From a virus, in the IMG/VR virus record IMGVR_UViG_3300003375_000013, positions 32,001 through 96,000 of that record: DNA of 64,000 nucleotides. One strand, 5' to 3'. This document shows positions 43,121 to 52,529 of the stretch, piece by piece. Both the position numbers and the translations under genes were made by a program. Numbering within the stretch: position 1 is the stretch's first letter; every line of letters starts with the position of its first letter. The notes below the pieces were generated by a model, which searched no databases, was not told the origin of the DNA, and saw nothing but the letters and a program-made list of their open reading frames with translations.

Positions 43121-43690
43121 TTATTTAAAAGTAATAGGAAAAGGAATCACACTAGATGAAAAATCTTCCCAACTCCAGGGTGATATTCTAATACTAAGGG
43201 CAATCTGTGCTGTATCACTTTCATTCCTAAGAGCATGCCAAGTGCCAATATCAGTTATCATAGTTCTATCTGCGGTAACTGTTTCTATTTCTCTGGCAGC
43301 ACTGTATGGCAACATAGGAATAGTTTGCCACATATCTTTTTCACCGTAATAAAATATTTTTGAAGAATCTGTGCATTCAAACCATGACCAATGTAACTTA
43401 TCACAGCTAGACAATGGCAAAAATACTGCTTGTCCTAGTTTTCCAAGATCCTTGGTTTCTTTTGGCTTGTCTGAATGTATCCACAATTTTTTATTTGGTG
43501 GTATATATACTAGCATTATCTTATACCCAGAATCTTGGCTTAGTTCAATATTTAACAATTTAATTATCATTTCTTGAGTAGATTTATCTAATGCCTGCAC
43601 TTTTTCAAGATTAGGATCAGATATCGTAATAATATCCAAAATTTGTGACACAGGAATAGTTGGCCAGAATATCGGCATGTAATTACTCAT
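43121..43690 (-). CDS. Putative 2OG-Fe(II) oxygenase
   Basis: IHSDK...GTWHAL; late promoter 4 nt upstream. Confidence 0.55.
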   Translation of the reverse strand: MSNYMPIFWPTIPVSQILDIITISDPNLEKVQALDKSTQEMIIKLLNIELSQDSGYKIMLVYIPPNKKLWIHSDKPKETKDLGKLGQAVFLPLSSCDKLHWSWFECTDSSKIFYYGEKDMWQTIPMLPYSAAREIETVTADRTMITDIGTWHALRNESDTAQIALSIRISPWSWEDFSSSVIPFPITFK

Positions 43691-43747
43691 GTGGTATTTA
43701 TTATACGTAAAAATTACAAGTATAAATATTTTATCAAGGTGAAATCA

Positions 43748-44359
43748 ATGGATAACATAATGTTTGCCGAAGTAAATTTTCCTTTACTAGACAAATCCAC
43801 CGCAGCAAAAGAAATCTTAGCTATTCCTGAAAAATTTAGTTTTTGGGACGAATATCGCAATACACTAATGATACCTTTAATGAGTAAAGGCGGAATGATG
43901 GCATCCAATAGCATTCCGGGTGAGTTTAAATGGAATGACCATGCTCCTAAAATTATCGTCGATTGGTTTGATGAATATATATTTCCGTGGATGGGTACAA
44001 AAGCTAGAGTCATGGCGTTGATTACACAACCAAATTTTTCAAACTATGAACATATAGACTGTGATCCACATGAGCTAAACACTAGACAACATAAATTTAG
44101 AATTGTACTGCAAGGCAAAACTGACACACTTTACTTTATAACCGACAAAGGAAATATCTTTGCTCCTACAGTAGACGGGGCATTTATCATGGATGGAGGC
44201 TGGCCGCATGGCATGGTCAATACTACCAATGAGGTTAAAGTTACATTAGCTTTAGGTGCTCCTTGGACTGGAAATGATAGCTACGATAATATCAATTTAC
44301 TACTGGATCGTTCCATTCATACTATGCCAGATGATCTTAGCAGCTATTGGAAAAAATGA
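43748..44359 (+). CDS. Aspartyl/asparaginyl beta-hydroxylase-like oxygenase
   Basis: ARVMALIT...EHIDC...WPHGMVN; start ATG 43748. Confidence 0.6.
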   Translation: MDNIMFAEVNFPLLDKSTAAKEILAIPEKFSFWDEYRNTLMIPLMSKGGMMASNSIPGEFKWNDHAPKIIVDWFDEYIFPWMGTKARVMALITQPNFSNYEHIDCDPHELNTRQHKFRIVLQGKTDTLYFITDKGNIFAPTVDGAFIMDGGWPHGMVNTTNEVKVTLALGAPWTGNDSYDNINLLLDRSIHTMPDDLSSYWKK

Positions 44360-44988
44360 GTAACTTTTATCACAAAACAGAATTTAAGTTTAGTAACGCA
44401 GCAATAACTTGGATATTACATAGATATCAGCACAGGTACAACGACATCTTTTTTCATGATCTAGACATCACCCAAAGTGATCCTAAAAGTCAAGCAGAGT
44501 GGCATTCAAATTTGCCAGGTAGAGAATTAAAATCATTTTTATCAGGATATAATTGTGATACTAGCTACTACGGCGTAAATGTATTTCTTAGTAATACAAA
44601 AGAGTTAGTTAGAGGTAATCCGCATATTGATGCTAAATTTAGCAACGGTGATATTTTTAAAATTAAATCTAGATTCAATGTAATGGTGTTGGGTAATCCC
44701 GAAGATAACATGGTATGGTGGGATACAATGCGATGGGGTGATGAAAAATTAATTGATCATCCATTTACTACTATCACTGGAAAGTCCTATGTTAGTAAAG
44801 CTATTCCAGGCACTACACCTGATGAACGATGGAAATTCCTAGGTAAACCAACCAAAGAAGTTACCAATCTATTAACACCAAGTGCTTTTGTACGCACTGA
44901 TTGCGCTCATACAATTTACACAAGTGGGCAGCCTAGATTAATAGTTACAGTGGCATTAGATAAAACATTAGAGGAAATATTAGCATGA
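44356..44988 (+). CDS. Putative 2OG-Fe(II) oxygenase
   Basis: PHIDA...CAHTI...PRL. Confidence 0.5.
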   Translation: MSNFYHKTEFKFSNAAITWILHRYQHRYNDIFFHDLDITQSDPKSQAEWHSNLPGRELKSFLSGYNCDTSYYGVNVFLSNTKELVRGNPHIDAKFSNGDIFKIKSRFNVMVLGNPEDNMVWWDTMRWGDEKLIDHPFTTITGKSYVSKAIPGTTPDERWKFLGKPTKEVTNLLTPSAFVRTDCAHTIYTSGQPRLIVTVALDKTLEEILA

Positions 44989-46112
44989 TCACAACCAAAT
45001 ACGGTTACTGGGTTGTAAACGGATTACCATTCGACAAAAAAATAGAAGCGGTGCGATATGCTTCGCAACATAATGCCTATATACATTTTTATTACCATGA
45101 TAAAGCATGGAATGCGTATTTTGCCACGATGGATCGTACATCATTGGGTAAAAGAAGTTTGGCTCAGCTATATAAGGAACGGGCAGAACAATTAAGAGAC
45201 AAATATGATTATTTGGTCTTATACTACAGCGGCGGCACAGATAGCCACAATATACTTCGCACATTCATTGACAATGATATTAAATTAGATGAGGTCAACA
45301 TAAAATGGCCAAAGGCATTAAGGGACGGTAAGTTATATACACCAGATCCGCATGACACAAGTGCTTTCAATTTTGTAAGTGAATGGGATTATGCTATTAA
45401 GCCTATGTTAGAGTATCTTAAGCAGCATCACCCTGAGGTAAAAATTACATTTTCCGATTATACAGAGCAACTAGATAACAAAGCTATGGAAAATATAATA
45501 GAAGAATCTAATCACTATCGCAACGGAGCAATTTTATACAGCTATTGCTATAGTGATATTTGTCTTACAAAACCCAGCGTTGGTCATATCTATGGAATTG
45601 ATAAGCCACTATTGATACGAGTTGATAAAACAATTAGAATGATATTCACAGATATGCCTACTACATTGTTTACGCCGCCTAATCATGATCCAGATTCATT
45701 AGAATTTTTCTATTGGTCACCTGATATGCCAGCATTGACTGTTGAAATGGCATATCAGATGTCTAATTATTTTATAGAGAATCCTGATACCATTAAATAC
45801 CTATGGGCAAATGACAATATTGAACATTACGACTTAATCCGTGATTTTCAACACAATATTGCCATAAAAACTTGCTATACTACATGGAACTATAGATTTC
45901 AAGTAGTGAGACCTAATCTAGCAGTAAATGGAAATGACAAATGGAAATGGTTTGCTGAACACAAAGAATTTTCATCGGTATTAGATTGTCTTTCCGAAAA
46001 TCGTAAATCTATGTTTGCCGGAGTCTCGGATCAATATCTGCTAAGAGGAGGCAAGCATGGAGACGGAATGAAAACTTGCTATTCAACTGGATATTATCTT
46101 AGGGACATATGA
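44985..46112 (+). CDS. PP-loop (adenine nucleotide alpha-hydrolase) family protein
   Basis: YYSGGTDSHN; GIDKP; EFFYWSPD. Confidence 0.7.
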   Translation: MITTKYGYWVVNGLPFDKKIEAVRYASQHNAYIHFYYHDKAWNAYFATMDRTSLGKRSLAQLYKERAEQLRDKYDYLVLYYSGGTDSHNILRTFIDNDIKLDEVNIKWPKALRDGKLYTPDPHDTSAFNFVSEWDYAIKPMLEYLKQHHPEVKITFSDYTEQLDNKAMENIIEESNHYRNGAILYSYCYSDICLTKPSVGHIYGIDKPLLIRVDKTIRMIFTDMPTTLFTPPNHDPDSLEFFYWSPDMPALTVEMAYQMSNYFIENPDTIKYLWANDNIEHYDLIRDFQHNIAIKTCYTTWNYRFQVVRPNLAVNGNDKWKWFAEHKEFSSVLDCLSENRKSMFAGVSDQYLLRGGKHGDGMKTCYSTGYYLRDI

Positions 46113-46996
46113 AATTTATTAAAACTTTTTTACTTACATTACTATTGTTTTGTAACACTGCATTTGCAGAACGAGCTACCTTGATGATAATGTATCCACC
46201 AGGCGGTCCTATGGACATTGCATCTAGACATTTTCAGAAATACATTAAAGATAAACATGACATTGATTTAACATTTGTATATAAGCCAGGAGCATTAACT
46301 CTAATAGGCTCACAAGAACTTGCTAAATCACCAAAGAATGGGTCTGTGCTAGGAGCTGTGAATATCTCTGATCAAGCGTATGTCATAACAAAAAACTTAT
46401 CATTTGAATATGTGGGTCCTATGAAAAAAGCACCTGGTGTATTAGTGATTAGATCAGATTTAGGCATAGATAGCTACGACAAATTTGTCAGCGAATTAAA
46501 CAAAGGTACTGTATTTAAAATAGGAACTCATACACATAACGTAAACATTCATATGCATGAGATATTTGAAAAAACAAATCCTAAATCTAAACAGACCATG
46601 GTACCATACAATGGAACACCATCTATGTTGAAAGATTTATTAGGTGGGCATATTGATATAATACTAATACCCATGGTAATAGTTCAAGAATATGTTAAGC
46701 TAGGCAAGCTAACTGTATTGGCATCTACATCTAAAATAGATCGATTACCAACAATTATAAATTTATCAGAACGATATGATTTCGTAGATGTATCTGGCTT
46801 CAGTTTGTCATTGCCACCAGGAACTCCAGCTGACATAGTAAATAAATGGAAAGCTCTACTTAAAGAATACGTCAATGACAAAGAAGTACAGAAAGAATTT
46901 ATTAATGACTATGCAAATGCAATGCTGGAAGGTCCTGAATACATAATAAAGGTCATGAACTACATCAATAATTTAAATTTACCAATGAATGAATAA
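46109..46996 (+). CDS. Tripartite tricarboxylate transporter substrate-binding protein (TctC/Bug family)
   Basis: Signal peptide; YPPGGPMD..SR, YKPGA, VPYNG, DLLGGHID. Confidence 0.85.
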   Translation: MKFIKTFLLTLLLFCNTAFAERATLMIMYPPGGPMDIASRHFQKYIKDKHDIDLTFVYKPGALTLIGSQELAKSPKNGSVLGAVNISDQAYVITKNLSFEYVGPMKKAPGVLVIRSDLGIDSYDKFVSELNKGTVFKIGTHTHNVNIHMHEIFEKTNPKSKQTMVPYNGTPSMLKDLLGGHIDIILIPMVIVQEYVKLGKLTVLASTSKIDRLPTIINLSERYDFVDVSGFSLSLPPGTPADIVNKWKALLKEYVNDKEVQKEFINDYANAMLEGPEYIIKVMNYINNLNLPMNE

Positions 46997-47046
46997 ATTT
47001 TTACATACGATATGTGTGCAATAAGTAATTACAACAAGGAAATAAA

Positions 47047-47259
47047 ATGGCAGCAGTAGGCAATCAACGTAATCAAATAGCAGATCCAATGAAAACTAAA
47101 ACCGGCAAGGCTCGGTTAGGTCCATTGGGCATACGTCAGTTAGAAGAATTATTAAGTAAGTCTAGTCGTCCCAAAGACAAAGCTAAAATTAAAAATCGTA
47201 TTCGTATCGTTAAATCTCGTAAAGAGTTCGTCGAAGCAGTACCTGTAGTTTCCTCGTAA
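47047..47259 (+). CDS. Small basic hypothetical protein
   Basis: KTKTGKARLGPL; SD AAGGA. Confidence 0.75.
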   Translation: MAAVGNQRNQIADPMKTKTGKARLGPLGIRQLEELLSKSSRPKDKAKIKNRIRIVKSRKEFVEAVPVVSS

Positions 47260-47274
47260 GAGGTGGTGGAGCCG

Positions 47275-47320
47275 GCAGAGTCAATTAATAGTTGACTCTG
47301 CTTTTATTTTGTAGTATAAT
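47275..47320 (+). promoter_or_regulatory. Terminator-like hairpin overlapping the -35 box of a tRNA promoter
   Basis: GCAGAGTCAA-TTAATAG-TTGACTCTGC plus T tract; TTGACT(47292)-17-TATAAT(47315). Confidence 0.7.
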
Positions 47321-47336
47321 AGTACAAGTAGTAAAC

Positions 47337-47410
47337 GCCCCTTTAGTTAAATGGCATAACACTGGTTTTGTAATCCGGGGTCGGCAGTTCGATTCTGTCA
47401 AGGGGCACCA
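47337..47410 (+). tRNA. tRNA-Thr(TGT)
   Basis: Loop TTTGTAA; GCCCCTT/AAGGGGC; CCA. Confidence 0.92.
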
Positions 47411-47465
47411 TAATCATAAGTATTTTGTAGGTAGAGCTAAATAGATTTATTAGGAGTTCTACTTT

Positions 47466-47879
47466 ATGAAATATTTTAAATGCTTACACTGTAGTAAAGA
47501 TTGTCTATGGTCACACCGTAAAACAAACAAATACTGTGATACACAATGTCAAGTAGACTATCAAAGGGATTTTCGTATCAAAGAATGGTTAGAAGAAGGT
47601 AAAGATTTTATAGGACAACAAATACCAAAGTGGGTTAGATATGCTCTTACGTCTCGGTATGGTGATAATTGTAGTGTTTGTAAAATTACAGAATATAATA
47701 ATATGCCAATTACTCTTGAAGTAGATCATGTTGATGGTGATCATAAAAATAATAAAATTGAAAATTTAAGATTTATATGCCCAAATTGTCACAGTCAAAC
47801 TTCAACGTATAAGTATAAAAATGCAGGAAATGGAAGGCATAGTAGAAGACAAAGATACGCAGAAGGAAAGAGTTTTTAG
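47466..47879 (+). CDS. HNH homing endonuclease
   Basis: CSVC...LEVDHVDGDHKNNKIENLRFICPNCHSQT. Confidence 0.92.
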   Translation: MKYFKCLHCSKDCLWSHRKTNKYCDTQCQVDYQRDFRIKEWLEEGKDFIGQQIPKWVRYALTSRYGDNCSVCKITEYNNMPITLEVDHVDGDHKNNKIENLRFICPNCHSQTSTYKYKNAGNGRHSRRQRYAEGKSF

Positions 47880-47888
47880 TAGTACAAT

Positions 47889-47964
47889 TGGCCAGTAGCT
47901 CAGTCGGTAGAGCAAATGTCTGTTAAACATTAGGTCGGTGGATCGTGCCCACCCTGGCCAGCCA
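47889..47964 (+). tRNA. tRNA-Asn(GTT)
   Basis: AATGT-CTGTTAA-ACATT; TGGCCAG/CTGGCCA; G73; T-loop ATCGTGC. Confidence 0.9.
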
Positions 47965-47981
47965 AGAACAAAGGATAGTAT

Positions 47982-48095
47982 ATGAGAAAACTTATCAATT
48001 GGGTGTTAACACCCTACTTCAGATACAAAGAAAAACAAGCATTTAAGAAACGACTTAAAGAATTACGCGAAAAAGACCCGTTCATTTACAAATGA
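47982..48095 (+). CDS. Small protein (37 aa) ending RDPFIY-like, coupled to the carbamoyltransferase
   Basis: MRKLINW...ELREKDPFIYK; ATGA overlap. Confidence 0.6.
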   Translation: MRKLINWVLTPYFRYKEKQAFKKRLKELREKDPFIYK

Positions 48096-48997
48096 AATAC
48101 TGGGGAATCAACGCTCTTAATCATGGCAGTAGCATTGCTGTTTTTAACGACAACATATATACACAATACACATACAACAGTGATACGCTAAGTATTGGAG
48201 AAATACATGATCTGTTTCGTAAACACGGAGAACCAGATCATATTTTTTGGTATGAACGGCCTTGGCTTAAGAAAGCTAGACAACTGTATGCAGGACAATA
48301 TAAAACTGCATTTGATACATCAACAATTCCAAGACTTCAACTTGCTAAGTGGGATCTAGGACATATTCCTGTTACATACACTTCGCACCACGCTAGTCAT
48401 GCTGCCGCTGGATACTATACAAGTCCCTATGATGAATGCGCTGTGATAGTATTAGATGCTATAGGCGAGTTTGAATCAGCAACAATCTGGCATGGTAGTA
48501 ACAATCAACTAAAGAAAGTATGGAGTCGTAGTTATCCAAATAGCCTAGGGTTATTCTATAGTGCTTTCACCCACTTATGCGGACTCACCCCCGTCCAAGA
48601 CGAAGGCAAATTAGAAAAGTTAAGCGCCGAAGGTAACCCTACAAAATACTATGACACAGTGAAAGATTACATAGGAAGCGATCTTATACTTACCAGAAAT
48701 CTACACCGTGGTGTCAGAGATTGGCCATATGAAATCAAAGACGAACAAGATATCAAAGATATAGCGGCAGCGGTACAGCTTGTATTTGAGGAAGAGATAA
48801 GTGGGATAGTTGGTCTAGCCCGATGGTTTATCAATTCTGATAACTTGGTATTCATGGGAGGATGTGCCATGAATCGTGGCGCTAGAAAAATGATTGACTA
48901 CGCAAAAGTGTGGACACTACCTAATCCAGGAGATCCAAGTAGTAGCATTGGAGCAGTGGCATATTATACAAAACAAAAAGTAAAGGAACTAAAATGA
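48092..48997 (+). CDS. Carbamoyltransferase (NodU/CmcH family), N-terminal Kae1-like domain only
   Basis: HHASHAAAGYY.SP, VLDAIGE, SLGLFYSAFT, MGGCAMN, PGDPSSSIGA. Confidence 0.85.
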   Translation: MKYWGINALNHGSSIAVFNDNIYTQYTYNSDTLSIGEIHDLFRKHGEPDHIFWYERPWLKKARQLYAGQYKTAFDTSTIPRLQLAKWDLGHIPVTYTSHHASHAAAGYYTSPYDECAVIVLDAIGEFESATIWHGSNNQLKKVWSRSYPNSLGLFYSAFTHLCGLTPVQDEGKLEKLSAEGNPTKYYDTVKDYIGSDLILTRNLHRGVRDWPYEIKDEQDIKDIAAAVQLVFEEEISGIVGLARWFINSDNLVFMGGCAMNRGARKMIDYAKVWTLPNPGDPSSSIGAVAYYTKQKVKELK

Positions 48998-49158
48998 GCA
49001 AAACATCAGACTTACTTAAACAAGCATTAGACAAGAAACGAGGCATCCATCATATTGAACCAGATGGAACTCCTGTAGTAGACAAGAAATCTAAGAAAGC
49101 ACCTACAATGACTCCGGGCAAGAAGCCTCCGACACGCCCAGCAGGACGCGGTAGATAA
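48994..49158 (+). CDS. Small basic protein (54 aa)
   Basis: MSKTSDLLKQALDKKRG...GRGR; SD AAGGA. Confidence 0.6.
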   Translation: MSKTSDLLKQALDKKRGIHHIEPDGTPVVDKKSKKAPTMTPGKKPPTRPAGRGR

Positions 49159-49172
49159 TATTAAATTTTGCG

Positions 49173-49293
49173 TTGACAATTAATTCATACTCAGCTACAA
49201 TAGCTTTGTTAGTTTAGTTGTCACCGAAATTTTGTAGAGCAAACAACACAGCGACAAATATTGGTTGACAGTTAATTAAAATAGTACTATAAT
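49173..49293 (+). promoter_or_regulatory. Tandem sigma70 promoters
   Basis: TTGACA-17-TACAAT (49173) and TTGACA-17-TATAAT (49265). Confidence 0.8.
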
Positions 49294-49350
49294 ATTAGTT
49301 CAGTACAAATAAAAACTTTTTAATTTTAATCTTTTAAGGAAACACAGCCC

Positions 49351-50436
49351 ATGTCGGACACTCGTGAAGTAAATACAGTACAAGCCCGTCGCTCATTGTT
49401 AGCGGCATTCAAACATCAACGCCCAATTTTCTTGTGGGGCCCTCCAGGTATTGGTAAGTCAGAATTGGTAGAAGATATTACCAATGAACTTGGCGGCCAA
49501 ATGATTGACATTCGTTTAGGTCAAATGGAACCCACAGATATTCGTGGTATCCCGTTTTATAATCGTGACATTGGTAAAATGGATTGGGCTCCACCAATCG
49601 ACTTGCCTGATGAAGAAGAATCTAGCAAACATCCAATTGTTGTTCTGTTTCTTGACGAGATGAACAGTGCCGCGCCTAGCGTACAAGCCGCTGCGTATCA
49701 ATTGATCCTTAACCGTCGTATTGGCAAATATAAACTGCCAAAGAACGTTGTTATGGTAGCAGCTGGTAACCGCGAAAGTGACAAAGGTGTTACTTATCGT
49801 ATGCCTACTCCACTAGCAAATCGTTTCATTCATCAAGAATTGAAAGTAGATTTTGCTTCATGGCAAGATTGGGCTGTGTTGCATAAACAGCATAAAGACG
49901 TTATCGGTTATCTTGGTTCTAACAAACAAGATTTGGCAGAGCGTAACAACAAATCAGCTAGCCGTGCTTTTCCAACTCCACGTTCATGGAGCTTTGTGAG
50001 CCAACTGTTGTCAGATGATACAACTGACGAAGAAACGCTTACTAACCTGATTTCAGGTACAATTGGCGAAGGACTTGCTATCAAGTTTAACGCTCACCGT
50101 AAAATTTCTGGTCGTATGCCTAAGCCTGAAGATATTTTGTCAGGTAAAGTTACAACCCTTGATGTTAAAGAAATTTCAGCTATGTACTCATTGGTTATTT
50201 CAATGTGCTACGAGTTGAAAGATGCTGTAGAGAAGAAAATTGATGACAAAAAGTTTCACACTATGTCTGACTTCTTCTTTGCTTACATGATGAAGAACTT
50301 CGAGACAGAATTGGTAGTTATGGGAGCAAGGATCGCCTTGACCGTGTATAATCTCCCATTTCAACCAACAAAGTTGAAAAACTTTGATGAGTTTCACAAG
50401 AAATTTGGTAAGTATATTCTTAACGCTTCGGCTTAA
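49351..50436 (+). CDS. MoxR-like AAA+ ATPase
   Basis: GPPGIGKS, LFLDEMN, AAGNR, PLANRF, FPTPRSW. Confidence 0.92.
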   Translation: MSDTREVNTVQARRSLLAAFKHQRPIFLWGPPGIGKSELVEDITNELGGQMIDIRLGQMEPTDIRGIPFYNRDIGKMDWAPPIDLPDEEESSKHPIVVLFLDEMNSAAPSVQAAAYQLILNRRIGKYKLPKNVVMVAAGNRESDKGVTYRMPTPLANRFIHQELKVDFASWQDWAVLHKQHKDVIGYLGSNKQDLAERNNKSASRAFPTPRSWSFVSQLLSDDTTDEETLTNLISGTIGEGLAIKFNAHRKISGRMPKPEDILSGKVTTLDVKEISAMYSLVISMCYELKDAVEKKIDDKKFHTMSDFFFAYMMKNFETELVVMGARIALTVYNLPFQPTKLKNFDEFHKKFGKYILNASA

Positions 50437-50486
50437 TCAACCGGGGTAGTGAGTTACTGGGCTGTGTTCGCACTGCCCTAGTTGGC

Positions 50487-50513
50487 GAAAGGAGCTTAGG
50501 CTCCTTTTGTTTT
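50487..50513 (+). terminator. Rho-independent terminator
   Basis: AAAGGAGC-TTAG-GCTCCTTT followed by a T-rich tract. Confidence 0.75.
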
Positions 50514-51104
50514 TGCCAATCTAGCAGCAATCTTATTAGCGATATGTTCCGGTGATTGTTTTCTTCCTTTCAATTTCTCAGATATTTTAGCATTAGTCTT
50601 ACCTTTGGCGGGTGAAACTTTACCTTTGTTATTTGATGGCTTGCCTTTTCTAGCAGCAGACAATTTTGCTTTTTGCTCTTCGCTCATAGCAATACCCTTA
50701 TTATGAGCCTGCTTGCCTTTTTTGCTATCTGATATCTGTGGTGCTTTTTTGCCACTATTCCAGCTTGGCGTACCCCTCGGGTTCTTTATTCCCTTATTCC
50801 AAGCTATTTTACCTGTAGTGCTAAATTTACCATCTGCGTTATCTTGGTTGTAACTCATGGGATCATCTTTCGCGCCAATCGCATTTAAACGAATTTCTTC
50901 TAATTCTCTTATATACAATGGTTCGCCTATAACCAAAATTTGCCTAGACCAATCTTCACAATTTTCTGCTATCATGGGCTTTACTTTTTTACTAGAGCAA
51001 ATATATCCATCATCGGGATGACATCCTTTCGCAGTACGAGATCCTTCGTACCACATTCCGGTAGATTTTTGAGTCCAACGATATAAGTAAGCAATTGTTG
51101 ACAT
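50496..51104 (-). CDS. GIY-YIG-type (Seg-like) homing endonuclease with NUMOD repeats
   Basis: AYLYRWTQKSTGMWYEGSR, ELEE, SYNQDN, AWNKG/SWNSG/AHNKG repeats; probable start ATG 51104. Confidence 0.82.
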   Translation of the reverse strand: MSTIAYLYRWTQKSTGMWYEGSRTAKGCHPDDGYICSSKKVKPMIAENCEDWSRQILVIGEPLYIRELEEIRLNAIGAKDDPMSYNQDNADGKFSTTGKIAWNKGIKNPRGTPSWNSGKKAPQISDSKKGKQAHNKGIAMSEEQKAKLSAARKGKPSNNKGKVSPAKGKTNAKISEKLKGRKQSPEHIANKIAARLAKTKGA

Positions 51105-51126
51105 AGTATTATATTTATAGTATAAT
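51098..51126 (+). promoter_or_regulatory. sigma70-type promoter
   Basis: TTGACA-17-TATAAT. Confidence 0.75.
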
Positions 51127-51160
51127 GTGTATATAATTAACAAATAATACAGGAAATAAA

Positions 51161-51916
51161 ATGAATGTGATTCCAACTAAAGTAGTTAATTCTACATACG
51201 GCCCTATGATTATTAATGCCAATGACCAGTATATTGGCCGCAGTATTGAGCAGTATGGTTTTTGGGGGCAAGAAGAAATTGACTTAATTAAGTCAATTGT
51301 AGATGTACTACTGTTGGAAAAGCCCTGTATTAAATTTTATGACATTGGCGCAAATATCGGTACGCATACTGTGTCAATGTCAAAACTTTTCGGAGATAAG
51401 ATCTCCATTAGATCATTTGAAGCACAACGACAAGTTTATTATATGTTGTGTGGCAATGTAGCTATCAATGGACTTACTAATGTCGAATGCGAACATGTTG
51501 CTGTTGGCAACGGCGATGAAACTGCTATCAAAATTGATTTACCAGACTATCATCTGCCCAATAACTTTGGTGGATTGGAGTTGATAGCACCCCGTATCTC
51601 AGACAATCAATACATGACCAAAACTGGAAGTGAAGTAGTTGATTGTGTTACAATTGACCAATATGACGAGCCTGTTGACTTTATCAAAATGGATATTGAA
51701 GGCATGGAGCACATGGCGTTAGTTGGTGGAATTGAAACGCTAACAAAATATCGTCCCATTTGCTTTTTAGAAATGTATAAGACTGATATTGATAGAGTAA
51801 AACAGATCTTTAAGAACATGAAATACGTAGCATACACGCATACACATGATAACTGGATATTTCTTCCATCAGAAACTAATGTAAGTATTAATAACGCTAA
51901 CAAAATTGAGTTATGA
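51161..51916 (+). CDS. FkbM family methyltransferase
   Basis: YDIGANIGTH, SFEAQ, FIKMDIEGME. Confidence 0.92.
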   Translation: MNVIPTKVVNSTYGPMIINANDQYIGRSIEQYGFWGQEEIDLIKSIVDVLLLEKPCIKFYDIGANIGTHTVSMSKLFGDKISIRSFEAQRQVYYMLCGNVAINGLTNVECEHVAVGNGDETAIKIDLPDYHLPNNFGGLELIAPRISDNQYMTKTGSEVVDCVTIDQYDEPVDFIKMDIEGMEHMALVGGIETLTKYRPICFLEMYKTDIDRVKQIFKNMKYVAYTHTHDNWIFLPSETNVSINNANKIEL

Positions 51917-52155
51917 GAATGGTAACTCAAAAAGCTAATCTAGGCCAAAAGAAATTTCAATTAATACCACGACTCACAGATGGCAGTTTATGCCTAATGA
52001 TTATAGATGTAATGTGGTGGATTGATAACGAGCGTGAAGTATTGAACTGGATGACAGAAATTTTACCACAAGGTATTGACCATCTAGAGGGAATGGTGTT
52101 AAAATTTGATAACGACTATGATCGTGTAAATTTTTTAATGAGATGGGGACCGTAA
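51913..52155 (+). CDS. Small hypothetical protein, F-x-L-(R/K)-W family
   Basis: Ends FDNDYDRVNFLMRWG. Confidence 0.7.
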   Translation: MRMVTQKANLGQKKFQLIPRLTDGSLCLMIIDVMWWIDNEREVLNWMTEILPQGIDHLEGMVLKFDNDYDRVNFLMRWGP

Positions 52156-52529
52156 TGGATCGTGATTTAGAAGAAGATATAAAAAATGATGCAATTATAA
52201 TGGCTAAATTACAAAATGAAAGATACGCACAGAATGTATACGCAGCCATGTGTAACATGCGCTGGCAACCATATGAAGTATGGCCAGTACTCAAAGATGA
52301 GTACTGGAGTACTAGTTGGCGCGGCGCTGGTGGAATTATTGCTGATCTACGTGGGCATGGAGAAAATTACATGGACTACTACTGCTCTGGTATCATTGGT
52401 GATGATTTAGATGAAACCGATGTAAGGTACGGATTCATGCCAGAGGGTGAAGTCACAGACGAGGTTCTTGCTGATTTTGTTCGATTAGGCTGGAGACCAT
52501 TTCCGTGGCCGAAAGATGACAAAATATGA
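52155..52529 (+). CDS. Hypothetical phage protein
   Basis: YAQNVYAAMCN, SWRGAGGIIADL, YMDYYCSG; probable start ATG 52155. Confidence 0.75.
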   Translation: MDRDLEEDIKNDAIIMAKLQNERYAQNVYAAMCNMRWQPYEVWPVLKDEYWSTSWRGAGGIIADLRGHGENYMDYYCSGIIGDDLDETDVRYGFMPEGEVTDEVLADFVRLGWRPFPWPKDDKI

